Assembly: GCA_040954595.2 (NCBI GenBank)
Contig: CM082585.2
Span: forward strand, 6,783,808-6,847,807
Direction: 5' to 3'
Length of the DNA stretch: 64,000 nt
Source: Balanoglossus misakiensis
Lineage: Eukaryota > Animalia > Hemichordata
The notes beneath the pieces were generated by a model. The model had not been told where the DNA came from and ran no database searches. It saw nothing but the letters and a program-made list of their open reading frames with translations. Position numbers and translations under genes: made by a program. Of this stretch, positions 12,447 through 27,100 are shown in pieces. Position 1 is the stretch's first letter, and each line of letters starts with the position of its first letter.

Positions 12447-15056
12447 CACTTCAAAAACTGAGAAATTCTGCACATATCAATTTGAGTTAATGCATGCTTA
12501 ACTCCACAAATTACAACTTTCATTTGAATTTGATCATTAGTTTGTAATAAATCGTGCATTGATATGATACACACGCAAACGTGTCAACATGAAGGTTTTA
12601 GTTGTTATTTCCGTGTGATTTCTCTGTTCTGTGCGGATTAAGTCACGTTATGCGAACCATGTGCAATGAATCAACATTAATCATGCAATATTGCCAAGGT
12701 GACTCCAACCTCTGCACCATCTGTTGTCGAAAAATAACTCATTCCTGTCCTTGTTGTTCAAAGTTTTCCCCAAGCACACATTTAAAGAAAATACTTTATC
12801 GGCAGATGTTCTCGGTCGATGGCTGGGTGGATGGATGGATGGATCTGTGGGTGTTATTATTTAAAGAACAATATCACAGTCCGAATGTCCGAATTCCCTT
12901 CGATCGTGTAAGTAATATGCAAGGGGAGAATATAAGTAAACTCATCGTTAGGTTTCATGTTGACCACAACGGTCTTTTGTAAAGACCCTTGGGTAGACGT
13001 GTTCAAACGTTAACCACTAGGGCACAATCATGCACCTGCGCATAACATATCGGTACATGGAATATGCAGGACAGACATCCTCTCTGGGTATATACACAGT
13101 TGTTTATAAAAAACACATATGTCCAATTCTCTTGATCTGATCATTTGCATAGGATCAAAACATCAATAGTCACGTTCACATTTACCTATAGCATGTATGT
13201 CAGATATGAAATTGCTATGACTCAATTTGAACGGACAAACGTTTCACTTTGCATCGCAAAATTTTCAGAGAAAAATGTATTTTCACTCTCAAAATATTTA
13301 GAATATAATTAACTGTAAACCCCGGGCGATGATGCGTAATTGAATATATCAATAAGAGCATTATTTGAGTAAATCCAACTTGTGTGCTTTTATGATATAT
13401 TGTAAATCGGTATAGACACCATGCCAAGAATTCCGATTGAATTCTGATAAGACAGAATTATCGTGAAAACAAAACAAAACAAAACCATTCAGAACATTTT
13501 CTTTGCGTAATTATTGAATGTTGTCATCCATCTAGTCTAGCAGCCAAGACACTGCTACGAAGAAATATATTGGTGAATATAGAATGGCAAACTAATTTAT
13601 AATATTGATGGGGTTGCCGTATCCGTACAAATCAAAGAGATTTGGGAACTCGGTCATCATCGATATGTGGTAACAGCACGGAAAGTTTTGTTTTCTGTTT
13701 TTCGATGAGAAACGATTACCGAAGGCAAAGACAAACCGCTGTGGAATTCTTTGTCAGATAATTGCATTCGCTTGGCGGGCAAATGGGTGAATACTGAGGA
13801 ACGGCACCTATGCTATACCCCCTAGGTTGCTCAGTCTTTTTGATCGTTTGGTCTCCTTAACTCGGTTGATATTGTGCGACACGATTGCTGGTTTCTGGCC
13901 GTCTTCTTTAACGTCGCGTTGGAGGGAAATTTTCCTGACTCCCATCTTTTAGGATTGGACTGAACGCATCCTTCTTACTACTTATCTGCGGTCAGTAACA
14001 GTGACCAGGAAAATTCTCCACAACGCGAGGGTGAGATTTTTTCTTCTCTTGACGGATCCCTCGAAGAGGCTGTGCGATGTTAGAGTAGATCACAGACGAA
14101 TCCATCTGGTTGGGAATATATCGGGTTTTTCGAGCCTGCGTTCACGTGAGCAAGTGATTTCTGGGCGAAATTCTTCAACTTCTGCACCGCCTATTTGTCG
14201 GCTTTTTAGGATTGAAAGCACACACATCGTTCATTGGTTTCCACCCGATTTCCGAGAGTGTGAATACCCATGTGATTGAAAAACAATGAAAATTGTACAT
14301 GGTCCACCGAAAAAGAGGATCCTGGAAACCAGTTAGAGAAGACAAACGTTGACATGCCCTAAGTGCCTTAGAGTACTTACCACCACAAAACACTGATTTA
14401 CCAAATATCATTATTATTCTCTATTTTATGTGGAATTAACAGTGACTCGGTTCAGTACAGGAGGAAGTATCATAATTTTGCCCCGGATCTATGTAGAAAT
14501 AATGGTCTGACGACATTATTCACTAATCAAGTCATCATAACTCCAATGCATCTACGCCACTTCGATTTTTTTTCTCTCTGGACGTGATTCTGTTAACACT
14601 CACACAAAGCGCAAATCTCCAGCGGCTTTCCAACACAATCACCTGGCGGAATGCAATACGCACGTTTAGGCTGATCAATTTTTCAACGTTTTTTTCTCCG
14701 GCTGGTAACGCCTCGGTAATTCTTGTTGATGACTAACTGTGGACAGACATCATAGTCGGTCCATTCTCATTATATCACCCTGAGCGCGTATACGACAGAA
14801 TGGGGATTTTTTGCATCGATTGAAAGAAACGGTTCGATTCCGAGTGATTTCAGCGCAGCCTGTCAAGTCTGAATGCGACCGAGAAAACGCCAGACTACGA
14901 CGACTTGGATAGATTATTTGATGCTTTTAATTGGAGGCGTCAACGCTAGTACTTTGCCTGATTTCCGTCTTGCCAAGAAGAGTATCAGTTTCAAGCTTTT
15001 ATACGAAGTGGTCTAAGAAGTATATAAGCTATCAAGCCCAGAAGCACCGATTCAGG

Positions 15057-15147
15057 ATGAGTAGGCTATACAAATTAACCGATCCGATCTTCTGTGCCGT
15101 TATGTTCCAAATATGCAGTATACTTTTATTAGGGTCTACTTTTCATG
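15057..15147 (+). CDS. nAChR exon 1, signal peptide ([31 protein letters not shown]); alternative ATG at 15102
   Basis: Hydrophobic leader. The strong donor G|gtgagt (phase 1) matches the phase-1 acceptor at 23792. Assignment as exon 1 is an inference. Confidence 0.7.
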
Positions 15148-18100
15148 GTGAGTACAAGTTTACTGTCATTCCCGCTATGGTCGTACACCATTTGGATATT
15201 TTCGCATTATTTCTATATGCCTCTGCTCTGATATGAATGTAATCCTCTATTTACATGACTGGTCGTTGATTTCGATTCCCTCGAAACCATTCAGCTGAAG
15301 TATATTGTTTCAATTAATATTAATTTCCATATACCCTCCTATGATCTCATCAGTTATTCTTGTCTTTTACATACCCATTAGGCCCAAATTTCCCTCCAAA
15401 TCTGCCCATGTATCATTTAAAGGTAAACCGTGGCATTTAATTGATGTGGAAAAATACACGAAGCGTGCAGGTGTCTCGTTTTGTTAGTGATTGACGTAAA
15501 AAGGGCAACAGTATGTAGAAGCAACAGACAGACATACGCAGACAGACAGGCAGACAGAGACATACAGACAGACAGACTGTCGGTGACATACTCAGACACT
15601 GACAGACAGATAGACAGACAGACAACATTGTCACTTTCCAATTTACATTCATCCATATCTGCTACACTTCAACCCTGCAGCACAAGGTATCGCGCAGAAG
15701 ATACGATCAGGTAGCCGGAAATTAACTGGCTGTTGCCCATTTGGATAATTCTTTACTGACTACCGACTTCACAAGTATACTTCTAACGGTCCAAAACATC
15801 TTCAGTTAGGTCAATTTGTTCCAAAATGTATAGTAGTGTCTTTTGCCATTTAATATATTCATATATATTATACTGGTACATATATTTGCCCCCCCCCCCC
15901 CCCCCCCCCCGACATTTATTAGTTTAACATCTACTTATTAGGTATTTCATAGGCCGAAACAGTCGACAACTTCACTCATGCAATGTATACGTTTGCTTGT
16001 GAGTTCAGAGACAATGTCTGCATCCGGTCAATCCGTGTGAATCAATATAGTTCATTTGAAATGTCTACATGGCCTTCTGCTCATATTGTACGATTGCTAT
16101 CTCGCACTTCAGGTGACGGTATGTGATAATTTCTGTCAACGGCATAAGCTCGTCTATATCTTAACGAGATTTTGCAGCAAAAAATTAATTTAAAGTATCT
16201 AATGACTGACGACATGAACACAGAGCTTCAGAAGAGATCGAGATGGCTGTGCATTGATGCAACCGATGAATGACAATTAACCTCAAGTGCGCTACTATAT
16301 GCTGGATGGTGTCCCCCCATCAGTCGATCAATGTCATATGATCCTGGCACGTCATCATGAACATTGATTTATTGCAAATCCTCACTTACCATACAAAGTC
16401 TTTCCGTTAGGAAATCTTCAGACTTCGATCAATTATACGCGCAATTAAAGAAAGTACGAAAGTTACGTGATCGTTATATAGATGTGATAAATTTTAGCAG
16501 TTTGCTTCTTTCGTTTTCAGACTATTTTTTGGGGGGGGGGATATTTATGTTAGTGTCAGAATAACGTGCCCAGGGAGATCTCACAGGCCGAGATGTTAAG
16601 TAAGGTATTAGATCAACAAAAGTCTGGACTCTATCCCAACACCTACACATCAATCCTGTTCTTTCACTTTTTTATTAAGAGCCGTGGGTTTCACCATATT
16701 ACAACTCCCACAAGCATAGCAAATTACTAAAATATTAAAACTAACAGAAAGAAAAATACACCACTTAACAACTGGACAAAACAATACAGATGTACATTTA
16801 TATACAAACCATTGCATTCCATAGATAAATGGGGAACTACAAAACTCAATATCATGCGGACTTACCAAATTGTTTTAAAATGCCGTTGTAACATTGAGAA
16901 TGACTGGAATTCGAAATCGTGTAACATTTGATTGCAAAGGCCTTAGTATTTTGATGTTTGGTCTACCATAGATTTGTTTTGGAATGAAGATTGCTAGATG
17001 CAGTACATTGTTCAAATTTTCAGACAGTGTATCACGTTACACTTAATTTGCGAGTTATTGCTAGCACATTCAAAACGTACAATAATTGAATACTTATTAC
17101 AATTAGGTGATAACGGGAAGATATTTACAGTTATGTCTATGGCATGACAGCTGTCATAGTAATTCTTGGTGTTTCTTTGCATGATGCAAGTCTATTTATA
17201 GCTGTCAACTGGTGACATTTGGTCTAACTCTTCAAGTCTGTCAAAACGCTGAGCGTTTTCACGCTCAACTGACATCGGATTTCACTGGCATTTACGCCTT
17301 GAGAGTTCAGCACACCGTTGGACAGAACTCTTAGTCATTAAGGGAGAGGCACTCTGAGCCCACGGATGCACACAGTGGGGGACATCAATATTGAACACTT
17401 CCTTCTCTCTGCACACTCTCCCAGGAATTCGACGGTGTAACAAACTCACTCTAAAAACAGGATATCAAGCTGTTTAACAACTGTGAAAATAATAAAACAA
17501 CGGCAAATATGTGACTTGGATCATTTCATGCCGTCGTTCCCCAGTGCATTTGAATAGTTTAAGCTTATGCCAACGAAGTGGTATGTTCTGTGTGTATGCA
17601 ATGTCTCCAAAGAAGAGGATGCCTCTCCGATCCATTCAAATTTCTTGACCCCATTTAATAAATTATTATCATATCTGTCAGACGTATAAGAAAATTTTCA
17701 AATTGTGATATCTAAGTAAAATGACAAATTATAATGCAGCTTCAAAAACAAGACGTTTGTCATGTACGTACATATACCCCCTGAAGTCTAAATAATCAAA
17801 TTCACAATACAAGATCTTTTCTAGGTAATAATGCACAATTAAAGACATGCGCAGTGCTCACAATTGGAAATAACTTATCAAAACCCGATACCTCGGTCTT
17901 TCAAACGCAGGGACCATTAACTGGTTTCTACCGTTGACAGCGACAGCTCAAATTCCTACAAGCATAAAGCATAAGTGGAAATACAATAACCACATAATTT
18001 TACATCCTCTGGCAATTTCCATTTGAATCATTTGATGTTAAGTCTTACGTAAAGTACATTGTATGTACAATTAAGTGTATGCGTCAAAATGGAATACACA

Positions 18101-21100
18101 CACTTCAAATAGTGGCCAGGCTACAATTGAAAGTATTGATTTGTCGGTTTGATGATAAATTAAGTTGGCTTTGAAGTGACACGTCGTAGAGAAATTACAT
18201 TTGACCCCAGTTCAGTCTCGTTATAACCATGTCTATAGATGAAACCACAGTTGGTATTAAAACATACAGGGGTTATCAACATGGAAATGCATTTTCCTGC
18301 GTACCGTACAACTTAACGTGCAAAATATATTAAAACAGGATATATCAAGATCAGTTTCTAACGTGCAATAGGATAGGAAAAATACAGAGAATGAAATGTT
18401 ATATCTCTATACCACATTATCTTAAAGGGGTGTGACCGTCACACACAAATAAATGTCTATTAACGTTGACGTTGTTATAAATTGGAATGAAGGCTATTGT
18501 AGTCAAAGAAGAGCTTTCTTACACCAAGCCCCCTATACAGGGTGTTGGCATTACCCTTTCATTACAGGAAATTCATTATTTAATAACTTGGAAATTTGAC
18601 AATTTGACATACCGGGTAGTGTGCTAGCCACTTGTAGTTTTCAATGATGTGGAATATTGAGATCGATTTATCCCACACTCTCGATCCCACACTTCTAGGG
18701 CCCATGAGTGTGAGAAAATGTCAGATTGACAATGATTTGTTGGTTTCGAATAAACTGTGGTGTAAAATATGCAATTTCAAGTGATAAAGAGGCTACATAT
18801 ACGTATTTATTTCTCAAATCAGTGAACGTTATCAAAGATGGCGACACATTCATCGAGAAAGAAATATTAATGACAAAAAGTCTGGAGTCTTTGGCAGTTC
18901 TTGTCATCGTTGAAGTGACAGACATGTGATACATGACCACACATCCAATCTCTACCAGACTGTTTAAAAATGCAAATCGCTTTCTAATGCTTTCAGTAAC
19001 AAGGCGCACTTCCAATAAATGTTGAATGATTCCCCATCAAGAACTTTTTGGTTGGCGCGACAACAAATTTCGGGTCTGGTTTAACAATTTATAAGATTTA
19101 TAGACTCAGTGTGTGGTTTCAAAGTACACATATACTCGCTGGATTTTAATAATTTACAAATATGTTGTACTGTAGCGTTTGTTTTCACTGAAGCAAATAC
19201 AATTCGACTAAAACCGGTGTGTGCCGAGGTCTCATTTCCACATCAAAGGATGTATGTATGTTTGTTGAAGTGTCACACGCATTGACATGTAAAGTCAAGT
19301 GGTTTGTTTATAGAAAGATAATTGCGTGCATCTCATATGTATGTTTTGTGAAGATAACGTGACCATGTATGTACCAAAGATATCTTAGTTTGTTTTCCAA
19401 AAGCATTCAAGAAGGACCCTACCATTTAGCTATCTGTCTACCTCTTCCTGTATTTTCCTGCTATATTATGAAGTCGTAGCAATACTTTAATCTGATGCCA
19501 GTCAGCTCAAAGTCTTTTTCTCTCTGAGAAAAAAATCAGAAATGCATGTGATGTTTCAGTAAAGGCGTCAGTACGTGACGAACATGGAACTCTGTCGCTG
19601 AATCTTAATATTATATGGATAGCTGTTTGAACTATTAACACCTCTTTTGGAAAGGCACAGTTTGATCGAACATAGAGGTTAATTTACTAACAATGACTTA
19701 TAAATGCATCTCAGAAATTAAATAAACAGAAGGCAAAAGTAGAGGACCAGTAAATACATGTTGACGTGTACATTGGTGTACTCTTATAAATTTCACATAC
19801 ACAACTCAATGATAATAAGTTCACAGCTCGATTCCACACCTTGGTAAGTTCGGCCGCGTTACTTGATGACCGACGATACTGTGCCGCATACTAATTGTCG
19901 TGTTGTCATGCGTCTGGTACCACAAATAAGGCACAGCTCCATTGCGTAAATGTCACCATATCCATGGTGATACATTAGTGTGCTGGTCACATTAGACTTG
20001 AATGCATTTATTACAACATGAGCTCGTAGAGTGCATCTTAGAGTGAATACATTACATCATATCTGCTGCTATATTTGATGCACTGCACACGTGTGATGAC
20101 TTGAAATATTAAATATGTCGTTCTCATATGTATTGCAAATCTGCAAATCCAAGGTGAAGAATGTGATACACACTACGTTGTTATCGACAGGCTGTCATAA
20201 ACAATCCATAACTATCAGTAATAACGTGCCTTGAATCATTTAATACAAATTTACGGTTTTATATGAACACAGCGAAGAGATGCACATTACAGTACGTGAA
20301 AGTATACCGCGCCTTTCTGAGTCGGATCGACCTCATTTTCAATTAATGCTAACCTAGACCGTGCTTATTAAATATTTACATGACAGAACACCGCTGGTCT
20401 TTCTCAAACAAATACGTGCGTGTGTGTCACAGTGTTAGTGTGTGTGTTCCTGTGTCTATATGTGTGCATCTATTTCGCATTATTGCAATTAAGTATGCAC
20501 GATCAAAGATTATCAAACGAGATGAAAATTGAAAGAGGTAATTATAGGTGAGCATATACTCAGCATACATTGGCTTATATTCATATATACTGGATAAAGG
20601 GTCACCATTGATAACTTTGAAACTGGAAAAATGGGAACATTAAGCTTGCGGACACTATTTAGCTGTTCTGAGTTTGACTTGAAGATTGCATGCTGTGCTT
20701 GCTACATCTCGATAACTGTACCAACATAGGCATTTTTTTAGACTTAACGACACCATACCCTTGCATTATACATGAATACCTATAGGAGTGTTCGAAGCCT
20801 TTAGGGAAAGTGATCGAACCCCATAATGAGAGGGCCACATTGCCACTCTTTACAGAGATAAATCAGAATCCAGTACGAATTTTTCTGATCGCGACTCCAA
20901 ATCCTTGGCCTGGTTCAAAATAACAAAATTTAAAACACAAAATGCGTAGCTCGTGTTGGAAATACTAGGGAAGAGTTAAACTCGGGAATCGGTGAATTCC
21001 CCATGCAGAAAACATTCATCCAGGATATATACCCCGGTATGTAGTATATGACTATCCTGTATGACACGAACAAACATATCGTATTACTGTATATAAAGTA

Positions 21101-24100
21101 GTATGCTAGTTTGCGTTTTCATAATAACTTCCAATCCAAACCAAAGATGTTTTGAAACGTGTATCATCGACCATTTAAAAGATTAGAACGAACGTGTAGA
21201 CTTAACCTGACTAAAGCTTTACCTTTCAAAATGTTATCAGAGGTTCACTGTTTACTTTACATCAGTCTGGGGACAGCGCTATACTGAGATGCAGTTCTGC
21301 CTGTGTAAATGAGAATTCTGTTATTGCTTTCAACTTAGAAGTCCTAATAAAACAGATCAAGGGCAATTGAATGGCAGAAGTAATCGCTGACTAATATTGG
21401 TTTCATCGGGCGGATTGTGTTATCAAGAATACGCGTGGATATATTGGATGGATACTAGTTCCCATTATTAGCCGATCATTTGTGCTAGAGAATTTTGATA
21501 GCGTGGGTTTAATGCGACGATGCGTTTAAATGGTTAAAAGGATATTAAAATATTTGAGAAATACCCTCTTTTCCATAAATCTACTTTTATAGTGTGTGTT
21601 AATATATTGCGCAAGGCAAGAATATCTGTATAAGTATATCTAGGTTTGTCAGACATAAACATGTATATCGGATCACCACATTTTGCCAATAGACATATTT
21701 TGAAGGTGAAATTACCAAGCGACAGTTGCTTTGTGAAGCTCCATTAGCTGTAGCATTTTGCTGAGTTTTCGTATTAGTTTGTCAACACATCCTATATGTG
21801 TATGAAGTCAGCATCGTTATTGTGCACAATTTGAATGCAAGTCCAGACTAGAATTCATTTGTCAACAATAACAACATACCGGTACATCCTATGTTGACAA
21901 GCGGAAGACTGGATATATTACCGTGCTATGTGGAGTAGAACAAGAAATTACATTAAATACATTGTCAAAATAACTCACCAATGGTTGGGATAGAGTTACA
22001 AAACATAAATTATTTAAATCTGTAACGAAATTCGAAAATGTATGGTTTCTGAAGAACTGTTCCCTTCGGTGAAAGCAATCTAATGGTAAAGTATGCAGAC
22101 TCTGTTAATGTTAAATACATATTGCCCGACAAGGCTGAACACAAAGCGAAGTGCGCGACAAAAGCTAACGTAATTAGGAACGTCCATTGCGATAGTGACA
22201 TCGTTCATCATGAATGTTGGTATGAGCGTCTGAAAGATAAAACTTGACAAGCTATTTTGCAAGTAATTTGCGAATACGGCTGACAAATGCCAATTTAGTT
22301 TTGGGAAAAGTATAAATGGATAAGCCATCAGCACCGATTCATCGTCTTTTTTCATTAGACGGAAACCGTATTGTGTGCCGCACAATGCCGCGAAGAATCA
22401 AATTTATTCGCGAGTTGAAATACGGTCTCACTGCAGACGGCGAGGAAGTCGCTGTATAGGCTTTGAATATAGGGGCTGTGATGTGAATGGTATATCCATT
22501 CTGCAAAGAACATGATGGAAGATTTGGTGACTCACTCTCAGGGTGGAAGTAAAGGTGCGGGATAATGAGAGATTGTAGTCATGACATCACTAGAGTAAAA
22601 CTTCTAGCTTGTATTCAAATATGAATGTTAGTCATTTTAACATATCAGCTAATATTTTTACCGTGTCAATATTATTGTGCGCTAATAGCACATGATTTGT
22701 TGACATAGTGATCATACTTTTTCATTAGGCAGATTGACACGTGTTTATCTTTCGGAATGTATCGTAGTTGTCCGTATGTATATACAATGTACCGGTATGT
22801 TGTATTTTCAAAGTGTACGCGCCAAAGTGATTTTATAGCCTATTGTCTATATTGGTGAAGCTGAATTGAACAGTAACGTGTTTACCTAAAGTACATTTGA
22901 AAAGGTTCACACACTTAAGTAAGATATCTTCTATTAACATATTTTTCGTATGGTGTTTCATGTTCAATGTTAATACAATCGTGAGTTGCATATTATGTAC
23001 ATTGTACAAAAAGAGAGAGAGAGAGAATTTCTGTGTGCTATTGATCGGCAAATGACTGTCAGTGTTTTAAATGAACCCAGCATGCTACTCGATGCATTAG
23101 GGTAATTTGTACGGATTTTTTTTATGAAAGACTGATTTGCCAAGAGCCTCATGACCTCTGAACAGATTGTGGGTAGATAGACAGTAGAAAGATTTGTATG
23201 GTCGGTCAAGATGATTCGAAAAACCCTCAAATAATTACAAAATGTAGATCTTATTTGCCGTCGACATCCCCTTTGTTGATATCCGGAAAGGAATAGAACA
23301 CGAAAATAGAAGGCAGAAACTTTTTGGATGAGAACGTACCAAATACAGAATATACACACAGAAACACATATACAGAAACAGACAGACAGACAGACGTGTA
23401 GGAGACAAGAAGTCAGAGAGGCAGACAGACGGAAAAGACCATCTGATGTGTACATAAAAGCACATCTTAGTAAGCGATGTTATATTCGACGTCCCTCACA
23501 GGATTAGTCTTATTAAGAGAACGTCTGCAGATTTTCAATTCACCTATATAGGATTATGATTGAATGCAAGTATTTGCCACACCATTCACTCAGAGCCAAT
23601 GTCTGATAGGGATGACTCTGAATATACAATGTACTGTTCAACGACATGATATTGAAAGATTACCATCCAAGATTCACCTTTCACGAAGTTTTACTTTCTG
23701 TCAGGCTTCTTAGCGTGTCTCTATATAACCCCTTACCTCCCCAGGGGAAATATCTTAACAGTGTTATGTTTTGTCTTGTTTAACTCTGCAGGCGTATTCG
23801 CATCACCAGAGCAGATTAAACTGATAGAGGATTTATTCAGTAATGATCGCTACAACAGACTTGTGCGTCCGGTTGCCAATGAGTCCTCAAAGATTTCTAT
23901 CTCATTCGAGTTGTACCTGAGTCAGATCAACGATATGGTAAGTACCATAGACATGGTCAGCTGTTGAAATTTCACGTGTTAATTTGCAATCTTAAATGTC
24001 TGGGTTTTTATTGCTACCTTGGTGAGTGATGTAATGAAAAATGAAATACAGTTGACATACCATTTTTGGAATTGTTGAGTTGTCGACCTTTTACCCATAA

Positions 24101-27100
24101 TGCAGTTATTATAATGTGAAAGCACGAAGTAAAATCCTATTTATATATAAATAAATACAGAAATACAAACAGAAATACTGGGTACATATTTACAGGAATA
24201 TTGAAAATGTGAAGTTCCTATCCTGTTACATTTGCACACATACTATACAAGTGACCAATTTGGATACGGTTCTCAGAAACCGCGATTAACTCCCCCGTTA
24301 GTCGATTGAGTTTCGAGCACTATTGATCGCGGCAACCTGCGACATGGTTCACGGAGAGCTTAGCTTATCGATGACTGCAGATTCGAATGGGGCTATTCTT
24401 CTTTATGCATTCTTCTCTCCCACCATTTCACATTTATGAGGGCTTATCTCCACAATACGTGTATATGTTTTTGGTGAAGGGAGTTGTCTTCAACATTGCA
24501 AGCCAGGTTATACGTGGCACTCGCTGAAGTCATGCACTGAAACCTATTGAACTTCAATTTTCATCAAGAGGCGTCCATTCTCTTAATGAGAGGGCAAAGT
24601 GTGTCCATTTCTCCATTCAAATTAATTATTTTTACAAAGAGAAGGAGATCCAGCACGTGGCTTGTCATATTGTTTGTTGTAATTGCACAAATATTTATAT
24701 GGTTTCTATGTCTAACCGAGGAGATCTCATCTTGATGTTTCATTTTTTCGATGCATCAGGAGTAAGTACATATCCGTACAGCGCGCATTGACCAGGATTC
24801 TTGGCGCTGCAAACGAATGTGTACAAAGTGACGTGCTCTGATTAGGAGCTATCCACGAACATTTGTCGAAGTCTTTCAAATTATTTCTGATTGAAATGAG
24901 TGCGTCTAGTCTACGCCCTGAATGCAATGATGAATTATTTAAATTGATGCACATTAAGGTTTCTTTGGGAGAGTCCAACTCATTCCCTGGGCTTTCCACC
25001 AGGACACAACTAACGTGTAGCAAATTGGGGGAAAGGAAAAAATGTATGGCACTTAACATTTCTGTGGAAAGCATTATCTCAAACATTACAGATAACGATT
25101 TCTGTATGCAAGGTAATAAGTCTGTCTGCAGACGTCCACATTGAGGGGGTTGATATGATTGCTCAATGATCAGAATTTCCCTCCAAAGTAATTGAACCGC
25201 CAGTCTTTTCATTGGCGGTCACATAATATTGGTCACATTTTATGTCATTCAGTAAGGTATCCTATGAGAATACGCCATGGCATAATAATTAGACTTATAC
25301 GGAAAAAGATCATTACATCATAACAGGTATAGGTCCTTAAAGGTTACGCAAATTTTTGGCTCAAATGTACAGCGGCAGAATGACAAGGCAAACATATCTT
25401 TGCACATAATATTCTGTCAAAGAAACCATCTACATTGGTCTGCAATATTTTTCAATTACGATTCCATGTGCGCGCAATAACTATGGCAGGATCACAAAGA
25501 AACAATTTTCTTCACTAAAGTAGAGTTTCTGGCGATTTACATTTGAAAGTGACGCCAAAGATATTTGACACTATGAAACTGGAAACCCATTCTATTGGCT
25601 GATATGCATGTCCTGTGTATCGACCGTGACGTGTGTGCCATAGAAAAACCTATTACTGTCTGATTTGAACTACAAGGTTTTTTTGCGTATTTTACCAGTC
25701 AGAGTGCAAATGCCCATATACCCTATTCCCAATCATGACTGCAAGCCATCGTCTACCCAGGCAATAACAACCCCATTTCCTTGCACCTGACATACCATAA
25801 CATATTGTTTAGATTGTATGATAGCGTGGCTAGGATCTGACATGTTGTATTTTGTCTGTAAGAACAATATTAAGAGCGATAAACCGTGTCAAATTACGAA
25901 CTGTGTATATAATCTGTGAGAATAAATACATTTCAAGATTCTCATGTAACTAATGATTTCACTACAAAGTCAGTGATTTCACCATGACGACAGGTGTCTA
26001 ATAAAATAGGCCGTAATGGTGAAAAGATGATAATTAAAACATTGCACATTGCTTGTTGCCAGGTCGTTTATTTCACGTTCATATAATACATTATATAAAA
26101 TAAGCAGAGATACCTTTGACATATAAAGTCATTATTTTATTATAATGCTAAGAAATAATTTGTGCGATTGCCATTTGATTGGTTTGGACTACTATTCATG
26201 GAGACAGTTTCGTTTATCAATAAGAATGGTTCCTACTGATATAAAATGAACATTTCCCTTGTGTTTTAATTGAATCAGTAGATAGGTGTGTTGTAGGTAT
26301 CGCCTCAAAGTTGACATTTCATCGCTTTCTATGGTTGCGTGAGGCGGGATGTGAACTGACGACTGGGAGGACTACATGATGCGCAGTAATTCGAGCTTTA
26401 GCGGTGATATGATATGCGATGGGTGAGGAAAGTGCCTTAGCACTATGTTCAAACAAGACTGCGTTTTCCCCAGGGGTGCCCGATGGATCAAACGTTAACT
26501 CTGACTTTTAATCGGCGGAGGCGTTTAGATAAAAACTCTTCTTGATTTTCCCGTCAAGGTTCGCAGGTTTCCCGGCGTGTCTCCTGCACGAACTCATTTG
26601 TCAAACGTCAGTAGGGGAAGTAGGTGACCTGTTGTTGAGGTAATGATGTCCATCAAAGTCTCAGGTATAGACCAGAAAAACGATGCAACTACAAGTGGCC
26701 TATTAGTGCAAGCCAAATGATAGTGAATCCACCATGAAACTTTTCACTTAACTAAAGTATCAGAAATTTTTATTCCATATACTGAAAAGTGAACTCGAGT
26801 TGAGTCTCAGATCGCATTCATTAACAATTAGGTATTAAAGTGCTCGTATCAAAGACCGAGTTTGTTTTTCAGCTTTCATCTCTTTTAAACAGATCAGTTT
26901 ACTTAATAAATATTTAAATACGAAACGAAGGACTTACACTATATGCTGTGTCAACACTAATTTATGTATAGGAACCAGTTACTGGGGGCGACACTTCAGA
27001 AACAGGAAACGCTCGCGAAATCACTCCTCAAGGTTTCTCATTTAAATAAAACAAATGATATCCACACTTGTCCATCCAGACAGGGGCTTACACAAATTAT

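Noticed and set aside
12261-12574. MYVCMYVC / TYIHTYIH ORFs (also at 9364-9616 and 46143-46724)
   Set aside because: Translations of TATG/CATA microsatellites.
13600-14411. GC-richer patch upstream of nAChR exon 1 as a hidden gene
   Set aside because: The frames I translated hit stops quickly and show no motifs; it may be UTR, promoter or an old repeat.
22970-25212. 161-aa minus-strand ORFs at 22970-23455 and 24727-25212
   Set aside because: Intronic, one is partly microsatellite-derived, and neither has recognisable domains or splice structure.
26380-26480. SINE-core-like words (aaggcacttt on the minus strand, ccccaggg)
   Set aside because: Too short and degenerate; no Pol III A/B boxes identified.
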